DNA of 64,000 nucleotides from the human T2T-CHM13v2.0 reference genome, Homo sapiens (GCF_009914755.1 NC_060942.1), one strand, 5' to 3'; counted from the first letter of the stretch, positions 27,986 to 41,298 are shown. Translations and numbers: made by a program. Notes: generated by a model not told the origin, from the letters alone.

Positions 27986-28136
27986 TGAAAGTACAGCTGC
28001 ACGGAGAAAATTTCTACACAATTAAGTTTAAAAATGAAAATTGCTCTATTCTTGATACAACAATCAGAGAGGAAATAAAACATAAAATCTCTGCCATTAA
28101 GATCTCCTGTACAGGCTGCCTCCACCTTAGGAGCAG
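27986..28136 (+). other. Weak candidate exon (151 bp)
   Basis: Acceptor atttttcactttcag|, weak donor CAG|gttgtg, open frame KVQLHGENF...HLRS. Confidence 0.2.
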
Positions 28137-28644
28137 GTTGTGTTTTGGAAGTTCACTTGTAAATTTTGTGTTTGGAACATCTAAAATAATTTCCATAGAA
28201 AAAATATTATAAATTGTAATTGTTTCCAGACCAGCTCATAAAAGCAAATTTGATACACAATATACTTGAAATACCATAAATTTGCATGAAATAATAGGAA
28301 ACAGCAAATGTAATTATGATCTGTTTTTCTTTTACACACATTAAAACACTCTTTGAACCAATGCAAAGCCCAATGACTTGACTAATTTAATGCTGGAGTC
28401 TGAGCCATAGGTGGAGTTGGGAACTCATTTTGATCTATTTCCATTATGCCAGTAACATATGTTGTTGAAATTTAGAGTGAATGGAACAATGAGAGTGGGA
28501 AGATGCTGACTGTAGTTTGGGAGTTTCGCAATAGGGAAAGATGGCTAAATGGGTCTTGAGCCAAGAAATAAATTTTTATTTTCACCAGCTTTTGACTCAA
28601 AGTATTTAAGATGCTCCCTCTCTCACCAACACCAAGAGGGTGAC

Positions 28645-28760
28645 AGAGAGAAAAAGAGAGAGAGAAAGAGAAAGAACAGAGGGAGAGGGAGAAAGAGAGA
28701 GGGAGAGAGGAAAAGGGAGAAGGAGAGGTTGGGGGGGTGGAGAGAGAGAGAATGAATGAG
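28645..28760 (+). repeat. GA-rich polypurine low-complexity tract
   Basis: About 110 nt composed almost entirely of G and A. Confidence 0.9.
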
Positions 28761-29809
28761 AGCTGTGGGAACAAGCCAACTATTTAACTACCTAGACATG
28801 CACTCAAATGGAAGACAAAATGGCAGCTATAATAGGCAGAGAACTCATTACCTGCAGAAAGCAGAGAGAGCTCCCACGTGACCACAACCACTGTCAGTGG
28901 CAATTAAATTTTCAAGTAGTGGGAAAAGAAGTAAATAACGGTAACTGTCCTCAGGTGAGGCCGGGTGGAAAGCTGCTCCCTTCATTAAAAAGAAGGGAGG
29001 GAGGGTGACTCCTTAAGAGTCAACTGATGGTGCTGAGGGTGAGGCTCATGTGGGAATAATGTAGCTTCTACATCTACCAGCAACAGAAGGCAGGGGACCT
29101 GAGACTCCTTTCACTGTGGTGCTGGAGAAGCAAGGATTGGGGTTATGGCGGTGGTGATTCTCCACCAGGCAGCCTGAGAGCTGCCAGGAAGACTGAACTG
29201 GAGCCATGCAAAGAGGCCAAAAGAGACAAACTGAAGTTACTCTTTCCAGAAGACAAAAGGGCCATAAAGAGAAACACCATTTTCACTTAATGGACAGTAG
29301 CAAGTTATATATGTACGAGTCAAAGCCTGCTCTTTCAATCCTGAATATCTGATAAGCAGATTTACCTTGATTAGTGTTTCAAAATACTCATTTTAATAAG
29401 TCTTTCAACTTATTGTTTGAGTCATTGAAACGGATACAGCTATCACGCATTTGAGGTATATACTCTCCTGTTTTAATTTAGTAAAATTAAAGGAGATCAT
29501 AGGCCTCATATTTAAATATATTTAATTTGTTTATATCAAATGTAAATCCTTTTGAGGGGAACAAGAACATGTATAAACAAATATACTATAAAGCAGGATA
29601 CTACATTACTTAATACGTGTTTGAATTTTAACTATCATTTATAAAGGTTAATTCATCATACAAAATTTTGGGGGGTACAAATTGGTGCCAAGATCTATGT
29701 TAGGTGGAGTGAATATAATAGTGTATAAGAAAGACACAGTTCTTGCCCTCTTGGAAGATAAGGCATAGCAGAAATAATAGAAAAGCCAAAGCAAGGACAC
29801 AAAATATTC

Positions 29810-30241
29810 AATATCTGTATTTCCTGGCCTGCCGCCTACTCCTTCGTTCATTGCAATCTGACTTCCACTCTACTCCAATAATACTTCTCTTCCTGAGCCA
29901 TTATATGGTTTTTCATGGGACTTGAACATGCCCTAATTCAGCTTAAATTATCTTTAGCAGTTCTGTTTGGGTTTAAAATTCACATCCTTAGAAACTTCCC
30001 CTAACCACACAGAATGGGTGAATTACACCTTCCATTTGTTCCCATGGAATGCTCCACGTCCTCTCTCATGAATCGTAATTTTAAAAAGTCAATTCATTGT
30101 CTGAGTCCTTCCCTGGCCTGTTAGCTCCCTGAAGGGTGGCACCAGTTATACTCACTATCAAATTCACTCCCCTATCAAGAGTATGGTCATTAAAAGGTGT
30201 TGTGTAGTATCTGATGAATAAATGAATGAATACATGAATGG
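29810..30241 (+). mobile_element. L2 3' end
   Basis: gaaacttcccctaacc...ctgttagctccctgaagg...; (TGAA)n tail at 30213-30240. Confidence 0.7.
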
Positions 30242-30616
30242 AAGAGGCATTGTATAATAATCAGAGATATTAAGTTCTAAACAGAGAGTGATGGGAGATG
30301 AAGGTGGAAATGTACTCAGCTCATAGAGAGTCTTGGATATCTTTTTGTTGATTGGGACACTACTGATCGGAAAAGTAGACTCAAGAGTTATCATTAATGC
30401 CTCATTTATGCTGAGCTAGGAAAAGGAAAAGACGATTCCAGTGGAACAGACTTTTTCACATGATTCTTACTGCCTTGATTGATTCAATATTTACTATATA
30501 CATGATGTCTCTGGGGAAAATGAGCAAGAGGAATGGAAAACTCTGCAGATGAAAGAGGACGATGGCCTCTCGGAGAATAGAAATGGCAGGGATGGAGTGA
30601 ACATAAAGTTTATCTG

Positions 30617-30755
30617 CAGCAGTGGCTTCCAGATAGAGAACAGCTATATAAAAACCAAAATTTAGAAGATTCCTGATTCCAATCCCAGAAGACTGTATTA
30701 TGTCTGGATGGAGCCTAAAGATCTATTACAACTCTTCAGACAATACTGATGTGTA
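30617..30755. mobile_element. MER5-like hAT-Charlie fragment
   Basis: cagtggcttcc...agattcctg...tctggatggagcctaaagatct. Confidence 0.4.
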
Positions 30756-30764
30756 AAGAGAACG

Positions 30765-30900
30765 TCTCATCTAGTTTAACCCTTTCGTTTACATGTAAGG
30801 AAGCTGAAGCCCAGGAGAGGTTCAGTGACATTGTGCAGGTCGGTGAGCTAGGACTAAAATTCCTGTCTCCTGACCTTGAGGTCAGGGTTCACAGCATTAG
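30765..30900 (-). mobile_element. MIR
   Basis: tttacatgtaaggaagctgaagcccaggagaggttcagtgac core. Confidence 0.7.
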
Positions 30901-32313
30901 CTCTAAAGAGGCAAAATAATTACCCATAAGTTTGAAGAATAAAATTCAAAGAGAACAATGTAGCTTTATCTACTTATACTACCTTTTTGAAGTTAAAGGT
31001 AGAAACTAGTTTTCTCAACCTGAGTTCTGAAGCTCGAGAATGAGATGGGTCCACACTGCACAATGTAGCCACCTGGTTTACCGCATTAAGATCACAGCAA
31101 ACCTACAGAACTAACAGATTTCCAGGCCTGTGATGACAATGAATCTGCAGATGGCTGGGGGGTTTTATGTTGAGGGTTGAGTTACTAATGGCATGAATCA
31201 CGAGCAGCTTGTAGAGAATGATAAACACCTGTTCTTCATAACGCCTAAGTACAGAAGAAAAATGATGGACCAACATGATAGTGTTACTGACTTGGGCTGA
31301 ATATGTATGAACTCTTTTCATTAGTAAATGTTAGAAAGGGTTATCAAGGGAGATTGTTTAATTACCATTTTTGGTAGGTCCTTAGTTTGAATCTGGAAGG
31401 CATTAGACCTAATCTTTCCAAATGACAGAGAGTGATACCAATTGATGTTGTATTAGAGCCCAGTGAGACCTCTGCCTTTAAATGTTTCCTCAGTGGAATA
31501 TCCTAGGGACTCTCCAATAAGACGAGTACATATGAGCACAGATCCTAATGAAAGGGTTTGATGGTGAGTCATGATTCCCTGCATTTCACCCAGAAAGATC
31601 AGCAATCACTCAATTAGCTTCCACAGAGAAACAATGGTCAGCATTTTCCTTAGTCTCTCGAGACAAGGATAAAGCAGTACACCCCTATGTAAAATGAATG
31701 AATCACTACAGGCAAGTGACAGGTGCTATTCTTGTGATGTCAACAAAAGTCACTGTAGTAATGAAGATTTTCTGAATTAGATTTTAGCTTCATTCTTCAC
31801 CCCTTCTCCTTTTTTTGACCATTCTTTTGCAGCTTGTTTGCCAAATTCAGTAGAGAATGCAAGCAGCTTTTCATATGTTCAGCAGTCCCAAGAAACTTTT
31901 TAAAAATACACACATGTCTGTGTTTTGTATGCGTTTTTGAAAATGTATGCATTTACCACACTTCATACATACAGTTTCTTTTTGCAGAAACAGGTATTCC
32001 CAATAGAAATACATTTTTCCTGCAGTTTTAGAATCTACACAGGTCAAATTGTACATTACTTAACTCTGTGACAGGAAGGAAGGCAGGCAGGTTGTTGCCC
32101 AATGCATAGCACTGACAGGCAGGGCAAAGGACACTGAACTCCAAATGTCATCAAACTCAATGACTTTGAGATGAGTCCTGCTGGACTATAGGTACTGCCA
32201 GAGTTATCTAGTCCTTAAAACATACCATATATGTCGCTTATTCCCAAACTGACAGATTCTGCTAGTAATCTGGAAATGCAGGAAAAGGAAATAAGGTGAT
32301 TTAATTTTTAAAA

Positions 32314-32576
32314 GGGCGCACTGGCTCACACCTGTAATCTCAGCAATTTGGGAGGCTGAGGTGGGTGGATCACTTGAGGTCAAGAGTTTGAGAGCAGCCT
32401 GGCCAACATGGTGAAACCATGTCTCTACTAAAGTTAAAAAAAAAAAAAAAAAATCCAGGTGTGGTGGTGCGTGCCTGTAATCCCAGCTACTTGGGAGGCT
32501 GAGGCAGGAGACTGCACTGCTGCACTCCAGCCTGGGTGACAGAGGGAGACTCCATCTCAAAAAAAAAAAAAAAAAA
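32314..32576 (+). mobile_element. AluS with a right-arm deletion of about 40 bp
   Basis: Left arm nearly complete, long A linker, right arm jumps gaggcaggaga|ctgcactgctgcactccagcc; aaaagg at both ends; followed by a MIR fragment. Confidence 0.93.
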
Positions 32577-32974
32577 GGATAATAATGATACCTCATCATA
32601 GGTCCTTTATGAAAATTAAATAGCTTAATTGGTATACTTTTCATAATATCCCTCATAATACAAATATTCTGGTTAATTGGGAATCAATATACGTCACATA
32701 GATTATAAATTTTTACACAGTATAAAAATATCCCATCACATAAATCATATTTATTATAATTTACCAATTTTAATCATTCAAAAAATGTTTCAGGAAGGCC
32801 TGATAAATTGGTATTATTATATGAACAATTAAATTTGTCATAAATAAGAGATTCTGTCATCTAAAGATGTACCAACAATCTACAGATAATAAAGTGGCAA
32901 ATAAATTATATTTACATCATTTCATAAGGTACTTTCTCACATATTAAAGCATAATTATAGTACTTATTACTTTC

Positions 32975-34430
32975 ATTTGTTTGCTTATTAATTGAGCAAA
33001 CAGGTTTTGGGGATTAAGTACAAAGCATGAAATTAGACTTTGAAGGTATAAAGATTAATGAGATACAGTCTCTGCCGTTCCTTGAAGCAGATGCCAAAGC
33101 AAATTGGGGCAAAAACATGAGAGTTGGTACCAAGGGATTTCATCTTTACTCTGAGGGCGAAGAGAACCATTGAAGGGTTTGGAGGAGCAAAGTGATATGA
33201 TCAGCTTCACATGGAGATTCTCTTGGGAAATGATTTGAGGGAACCAGTTGGAGGAGCATGGCAGAAACTGAGGCAAGAAATGATGCCAAGTTGACCCCTG
33301 AAGTAACATCGAGTCAGGAGGAAGAATGGAAAGGAGTAGATGCATTGGAGTGACAGCAAGAGTATAAAACCCACTAGCTTGAGAGTTAATTAGGAGAAGA
33401 TTATTTCCAAACTTTAACTGGGGTCTCTGGGCAGATATGGTGCCACTCAGAGATGTAGAACTCTGGAAGAATAGCAGGTTTAACCTTGGGACACAATGAG
33501 ATCAAACTTGGACATTTTATATCAGAAATGTCAATGGGAAATTTTAGTAGAAATGGTACCCATTGAAGATCAGGGGAGATATTTCAGTGGAGGCTATAGA
33601 GATATATGCATTAACAGTGTCAAATAGCTGCAGAAGACAATGGGGACCTCCCCCATATCTCAAGGAAAGTTTTCTGAGAGTAATAAGACAAATACAAGAA
33701 CAAGTCTTGGGCTTCCAAGATTTAAGTAGTGACAAGCCTGACAAGAAGAATGGAGAATACTCAGATGAGTAGGAGGAAAATTAACATAGTAAGTGGTGTT
33801 AAAGTCCAGGAGCCAGCGGTAAAGAAAGAGGACCTGGCTGAGGGCAGCAGGTGATTCAGAGTCCATGTAGGAAGTCTTCTTGATTTGGCACCAAAGAGTC
33901 TCCTGAGACTGTGGCCCGAGAAATTTCAGTGGACACCAGAGTGCCCTAGATTGAGGAGTCATCGCTACAGAAGATAAGGTGGAGACATGAGGTGAGGACA
34001 ATGCTTCCAAGATGCCGAAACTCATCAAGACGGATAAAGGTCAAAAGAGGACTTTGGACTTTATTTGTTTGAAGATAGACATGTCTAAACCTTACAAGAA
34101 AGAGACAGAAGAGAAGGGAGTATCAAAGACAAAAAGAAAGTGAGGGAAACTGAGGAACAGGAAGGTGGCAGGAGGAGATGGGAACCGGAGTCGTGGATTA
34201 CAGACTGATCAGGGCATACAGATACAGGTTAAGGAAACAGATTTTTTTTTTTTTGGTGGGGGGAAAAGGATTCAGTATAAAACCCTGCGTTTAACTCTGA
34301 TTTTATTCATAGGGTGGCCCATTTTTCCTATTCATTCAGCAAGACTCAGTGAAGGTTTCTCTCATCCTGGAATTGTGCTAGGCACACAGAGGATACAGTG
34401 GTAAATCAAACAAGGTCCCTGCCCACAAGA
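32975..34430 (-). mobile_element. L2 (long, fragmented)
   Basis: gaaccattgaagggttt...gtgatatgatcag; gagaaggtcatt-like motifs; a second 3' end ttcattcagc...tgtgctaggc near 34330. Confidence 0.6.
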
Positions 34431-35940
34431 AACCCACCCTGTTGGAGCTGGGGTGGAGGCAGAGGGTACACACGTAAATTTCTAATCCAAGGCAATCTGT
34501 GGAAATCTTAGCATTGATTTACAGTTTGCAGTGGAAAGCCCTGTATATCTTTCTATCTCTCAGACATGAAAACCAATATTAAAATAGTTCACCCTCCTTA
34601 ACATAATTGCAAACAGCAATCTTTTAAATGTTGACCACCATATAGATACATTAGTTATAAATGTAGCCAGGGGACTAGAATTAATTAACCTTAGCAGTGA
34701 ATTCCATTTGAACTTAGTCTAATCAGGGCAATTTTCTATTCTGGAGAACAAAATTAATTATCTGGTTCATTTAGGAAGAGAATCCCACCAAAAGAAAACA
34801 AACACCAGAATTTTTTCCTTAATTATTAGGATATTAATACAATTCTTGATCCAGTGTCTTCCCTCTGATAAGAAAATGTACAATAAAAAGAACGACATTT
34901 TAGGCCAATAAATAGATAAGGAAAGAGATAAAGAGTTCAGGTTAACTTATCGGGAAAGCTGAGATTTATTTTACTGTAGTATCAAATTTGTTCTCTTTAT
35001 TCTCACTTTATTGTATTTTGCTCCAGTTTCCCTTTTCATAATATGCAAGATAATTTTGTATTATCAATATCTTATATACCATAGAGCCAAGAAAGTGATA
35101 AGGTAAAATATTTTGAAATGATGCCATCTGCATAAATTATTTTTATTGCATTAATTTAAATTAAAAATTATCTAGATATACATCAACTCAGAGGTATCAC
35201 CACGAAGTATCTTAAAATAAAATTATGAATGACAAAATGCTATTTTATGCAGCACTTATGTTGCTACCAATTATCTATGTCAATATTTAAAGACAGGCCT
35301 TACACAAATTCCAAGATTTTCATGAGAAATAGTGAAGATATTAACAAATAACTAAGGGGACGAGCAGAGTCTCATTCTTTGAACGGCGTATCTCATATGA
35401 TCCAGGTTTCTGTCAGCCTTGATGCTGTGTTTTCACCGAATAGATCTAACAAATGAACCTTAAAAGTAAATACTCTTGGAAGGACAGTAACCATTCCCTG
35501 ATACTGCAGTCAGTATTTCTGGTTCTATGTGGCCAGTAAGAGGGAAATTTTTTTCCCCTTTCATTAAAACAGATGGGTTCATTTGCTGTCCAAAAGCGAA
35601 TCAGCATTAATTTGGGGCATCCTTACTATGCCAAGGATATTGGCAGATTTTTAAAACTCAAGTAATGGCTTGGTGTGTTTTTAAAACAAGCAGAAATGCA
35701 ATTTTCATAGCAAAGGTAAAACATCACATCTCTGGCAGTGCATCTCCTCCTGATGTTGGTGGTCCATTTCTCCTGCCAAAAGTGGGAGCAGGAACACATT
35801 TGGGTAGGAAGATGCAGACTGAAAATTCACTGAAAGAAGGTTAAGGATTATACTAGGGACATAGACAAAAAGGGAATACACCTGAAGCAATTTTAGAACA
35901 CAAAAATGTATTGCATCCTTTAAATTCACTGTCTCCTAAA

Positions 35941-36314
35941 TGTATTAGTCCATTCTCACGCTGCTAATAAAGACATACCCGAGACTGGGTAATTTATAAA
36001 GGAAAGAGGTTTAATTGACTAACAGTTCAGCATGGCTGGGAGGCCTCAGGAAACTTACAATCATGGCACAAGGGGAAGCAAACACGTCCTTCTCATGGCA
36101 GCAACAAGGAGAAGTGCAGAGTGAAGCTGGAGAAAAGCCCCTTAGAAGACCATCAGATCTTGTGAGATCTCAGTCACTATCATGAGAACAGCATGAGTGT
36201 AACCGCTCTCGTGATTAAATTACCCCCCCCCACCAGGTCCCTCCCATGACACATGGGGATTATGGGAACTACAATTCAATGAGACTTGGCTGGTGACAGA
36301 GCCAAACCATATCA
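35941..36314 (-). mobile_element. THE1C solo LTR (ERVL-MaLR)
   Basis: tgtattagtccattctcacgctgctaataaagacatacccgagactggg...gccaaaccatatca. Confidence 0.95.
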
Positions 36315-36640
36315 CCTACCAACTAATTTTAAATGTTACACTCTTTAATTTTCTACCTGTTTATTTTCATTCATGTTCATAGTCAAATTTTTTAAACACC
36401 ATTTTGAATGTTTAGAAAAATCATGGACATGCCATACACGACCACATGTACAGACACATTCACATCACTTTGCTAAGCATGAGTAAATATATCCTAGCTT
36501 AATGCAACAATGATTGAATCGTAGAGTTACCTTGTACTATCTTTGTAGGATTCCATTATTAAGACAAGCACAGAAGGCTTAGAATAGACAACTTCTATCT
36601 TACTCCCTCATAGTTAGGATTAAAGAGATTATGACTGAAC

Positions 36641-38240
36641 TTTTAAATTGGTAGACCTTATTTTTAGAGCAGTTTTGGGTTTACAGAAAAACTGAATGAA
36701 AAGTATGGCAAGTTCTCATAAAACCTAACATCACTCAGTTTCCTCTATTAGTAGCATCTTGCATGAGTGGGGTACATTTATTGCAATTGATGAGCCAATA
36801 TTAATATATTATTATTAACCGAAGTCCATAATTTACATGAGGATTCACCGTTTGTGTTGTACAGTTCAAGGAATTTTGACAAACAATAATGTTATGTATC
36901 CATTGTTACAGTATCATATTGAATAGTTTCACTGCCCTAAATATCTCCTGTGTTCCATATATCCGTCCGTCTCTCCCTCTTTCTGAACTCCTGGGAACCA
37001 CTGATCTTTTTTCTGCCTGTATTTTCACCTATACCAGAATGTGATATACTTGAGAAGATGCAGTATACAGCCTTTTCTGGCTGCCTCCTTTCACTTAGCC
37101 GTATGTATGTAAGGGTCCCTGCACATCTTTTTGAGGTTTGGCTGCTCATTTCTTTTTAGCATTGAATAATACTTCACTCTATTTTTGTACCACAGTTTGT
37201 TTAAATGTTCACCTAGGATATCTTGGTTGTTTCTAAGGTTTGACAAATATGAATAATGCTGATATAAATATTCATGTTCAGGTTACAGTGTGGAAATTAG
37301 TTTTTAACTGAATTGGATAAATACCAAGGAATATGATTGCTAGTACATGTGGTTATATTTTGTAAGTGACACTGTTTTCCAAAGTGGCTGTACCATTTCA
37401 CATTTCCACCAGCAATGAATGAAAGTTCCTGTTTCTCTGCATCCTTGCCAGCATTTGGTACTGCAGTTCTTTAATGACAGATGATGTTCCGTGTATTTTC
37501 ATATGCTTACTTACCGTCTACACACACAGACACACACGCACATAATATATATATATATGTTTGGTGCTATGACTCAGATTGTATATTGTTTTTGGTGAGA
37601 TGTCTGTTCAGACCTTTTTCCCATTTCCTTGGTTAGTTGTTTTCTTATTGTTGAGTTTTAAGATTTCTTTGTGTACTTTGGATACAAATGCTTTACCAAA
37701 CACATATTCTGCAAATATTTTCTCCCTGTCTGTGGCTTGTCTTTCTATTATCTTTATTGTGTCTTTTGGAAAACAGTATGGAGATCCCTCAATAAAACCA
37801 CAGATGTATAAAAAGGTTTTTTCTGAAAGTAGTTTTTAATTTTAATAAAATCCAAGTTATCAATTTTTTTCTTTCATGAATTGTACTTTTGGTATTATAT
37901 CTAAACACATTGCTAAAACTAAAGTCATGTACGTTTTTCCCTCTTATGTTATCTTCTAGAAGTTTTACAGTTATGCAATTTACATGTCTGTCTACGATTT
38001 ATTTTTATTTAATTTCTGTGAAAGGTGTAAGATCTGTTAGAATTTTTTTTTTTTTTTTGCATGTGGACCATTTGTTGAAAAGTCTGTCCTTTCTTCACTG
38101 AACTGCCTTTGCTTCTTTGTCAAGGATCAGTTGGCAACATTTGCATGAGTCTATTTCTGGGCTCTCTATTCTGCTGTATTGATCTATTTTTCTGTCTTTT
38201 CACCAATACTATGCTGTGTTAATTATTGTAGCTTTGTAGT
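36641..38240 (-). mobile_element. L1MC1/2-like fragment
   Basis: tttttagagcagttttgggtttacagaaaaactga...gggaaccactgatc; ORF2 3' remnants. Confidence 0.88.
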
Positions 38241-38245
38241 TGTTC

Positions 38246-38746
38246 CTTTTTAAACCTTTTAAGTTGACAAATAGTAATTGTATATGTTTGTAGGGGTGAT
38301 ATATTGTGATATTTTGATATATATTTACAATGTAGAATGATTAAATTGAGCTAATTAGAAAATTCATCACCTCATATAACTTATCTTTTTTTGTGATGAA
38401 AACATTTAAACCTAATCTTTTAGCAATTTTGCAATATATAATACATTATTATTGATTATGGTCACTATTCTGTGCAATAGATCACTAAAGCTTATTCCTC
38501 CGATCTAAATTAAATTTTATACCTTTTGACCAACATCTCCTTTTCCTCATTCATGTCCCACCCCAGCTTCTGATAGTCATCATTCTACTCTATACGTCTA
38601 TGAATTCAACTTTTTAAGATTCCACATATAAGTAAAACTCAGTATTTGTCTTTCTGTGTCTGGCTTATTTCACTTAGCATAATATCCTCCAGGTTAAGGC
38701 TATGTGTCTGTTGTGTGTATATACTTAAGTGATAAAGAAAATGTGT

Positions 38747-38787
<41 letters not shown>

Positions 38788-40178
38788 TTTCTTTATCCAT
38801 TAACCCACTGATTGACACTTAGGTTGATTCACATCCTAGCTATTGTGAATAATGCTGCAATAGGCATGATAGTGCAGATATCTCTTTGATATATTTATTT
38901 CATTTCTTTTAGATATATACCAAGTGGAATTGCTGGGTCTTATGCTAGTTCTATCTTTGTTTTTTTTTTTTTTTTTTTTTAAGGAGTCTCCAAATTGTTT
39001 TCCATAATGGCTATAATAATTTAAATTCCCATCAACAGTTCCTTTTTCTCCACACCCTTGTCAACATGTTATCTTTTGTCTTTTTGTTAATAGCCATTCT
39101 TACAGGTATAAGATGATATCTCATTGGGGTTTTAATTTGCGTTTCTCTAATGATTAGGATAATAAACATTTTTTCATATATCTGTTGGCCATTTGTATGT
39201 CTTCTTTTGAGAAGTGTCTATTTAGGTCCATTGCCCATTTTTTTTGGACTGGGTTATTTGTTTTCTTGCCATTGAGTTGTTTGAGTTCCTTAAATATTTT
39301 GAATATTAGCCCCTTATCAGATATATGGTTGGCACATATTTTCTCCCAGTCCATGCAATGTTTCTTCACACTACTGTTTCCTTTGCTCTGCAGAAGCTCT
39401 TTAGTTTGATGTAATCCTATTTGTTTATTTTTTATTTTGTTGCCTGTGCTTTTGGGGTCATATCTAAAAAATCACTGCCCAGACCAATGTTACGGAGATT
39501 TCCATTATGTGTTCTTCTAGTTGCTTTATAGTTTCATGTCTTTAGTCTATTTAATCTTTAATCCATTTTTAAGTTGATTTTTGTGTATGGTATTAACTAA
39601 GCATCTAATTATAATCTTCTGTTTGTGGATATTCAGTTGTCTCAATATTATTCATTGAAGAGGCTGTCCCTTCTCTATTGTGAGTTTTTGGTACCTTTGT
39701 CAAAAATGAATTGACTATAAATGGCTGGGTTTATTTCTGGTGTTTCTATCCTGTTTTATTGTTCACTGTGTCTGTTTTTATGCCAGGACTATGCTGTTTT
39801 GATTAATACATCTTTGTAATAGATTCTGAAGTCAGGTAGTGTGATTCCTCCAGCTTTGTTCTTTTTGCTCAAGATTGTTTTGGCTATTCTAGGTCTTTTG
39901 TGGTTCCATATAAATTTTAGGACTGTTTTTTCTGTTTCTATGAAAGATGACATTGGAATTTTGATAGGGATTGCACTGAATCTGTACATCACATTGGGTA
40001 GTGTGGGCATTTTAACACTAATTCTTCTAATCTGTGAACACAGAATACCTTTCCATTTATTTGTGTTCTCTACAGTTTTTTCATCAATGCTCTATAGTTT
40101 TCAGTGTATTTCACCTCCTTGGGTAAATTTACCCCTAAGTATTTTGTATGCTGTTTTGAATGGGATCGATTTCTTTAC
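38246..40178 (-). mobile_element. L1MA8/9-like fragment
   Basis: 3' UTR gaatgattaaattgagctaatt; ORF2 peptides [11 protein letters not shown]...[24 protein letters not shown]. Confidence 0.92.
38746..38785. repeat. (CA)n microsatellite
   Basis: tatacatacatac followed by about 14 CA units. Confidence 0.95.
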
Positions 40179-40753
40179 ATCTGTGAACAAAGACAGTACA
40201 TAAAATCTCTCTTTCCTTCTTTTTCCAGTTTAGATTCTATGGCTCATAATTTCATTAAGACTCTTGCCAAGAACTTAGTATCCTTTGTTCTCATTTCTTC
40301 ACTTCCATCTGGCAAAATCCCAACTGTGCATGAGTGCAACTCAACTGGGTTATTTTGCCTCCATTTGTGCAAGCACAGGTGGGGAAATCAGAAGAGGGTG
40401 GATGGCGACACTGTAAATTTGTCATCAACAACATCAAATGGCCCTCAGGACGGATAAGCAATTTGACTATATTTTTATTTTCCACTCTCTCTAGTTTCTC
40501 CCATAGTGATTTTTTCAAAACGTTTCCATTTGCCTCAAGCTTGGACAAATTCCTTAATGTTCTCCATTGACATGGTAAATTTCTTATGATCTACTTCACA
40601 CAAGAAGAAGCCATCATATATATGGAAATTCCATCTAGTATTCCCTAACAAACCTACAAATCTATCTAGATGAACTCTTACTCTTTTTAAAAATGTTTAT
40701 TTGATGAGCAGGGAAGAAATTCTTTCTATCTAGGTCCAGGGCCTCTTCTTACA

Positions 40754-41084
40754 CAGCAATGCAATATATAATGATATTTTAGGTCAACAGTGGACCACAT
40801 ATGTGACAGTGGTCTTATAAGATTATAATATCATATTTTCACTGTGCTTTTTCTATGTTTAGATATGTTTAGATACACAAATATTTACCAGTATGTTATA
40901 ATTACCTACAGTATTCAGTACAGTCATATGCTATACAGGTTTGTAGCCTATGAGCAATAGGCTATATCATGTAGTACATAGTAGTCTCTACCATCTAGGT
41001 TTTTGTTGATGTTTGCACAACAATGAACTTGCTTGGCAATACATTTCTCAGAACGTATTCTGGTTACTGTGCAATGCAAGACTG
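40754..41084. mobile_element. Tigger3a/MER7A (TcMar-Tigger)
   Basis: ggtcaacagtggaccacatatg...cagtattcagtacagt...atttctcagaacgtat...gactg|ta. Confidence 0.9.
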
Positions 41085-41298
41085 TAACTTGAATCCTATG
41101 TTTTCGGGAACCTCAAAATAGCAACCATCCGCTCTTATTCCCACATATTCAATAATTTTCTTACAATTGAATCCCTTGCCTGTTATAATTAAACATTATC
41201 AATTATCTCCATTAAAAAAATTCTCTCAACTTATATGGCTTCTTGTTTCCCATTTTCCTCATTTACAATAAAAATAATCAAAAGAGCTCTCTGTACAT

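Noticed and set aside
32204-32656. Longest ORF (150 aa) and other Alu-overlapping ORFs (e.g. 16957-17361, 55597-55875)
   Set aside because: They are translations of antisense Alu sequence ([19 protein letters not shown])
35705-35929. Minus-strand ORF or exon beside THE1C
   Set aside because: Acceptor-like sites exist but there is no good donor or recognisable peptide
27030-36314. Two THE1 LTRs as the ends of one provirus
   Set aside because: The interior is L2, MIR, Alu and unique DNA rather than THE1-int; the first LTR has its own TSD
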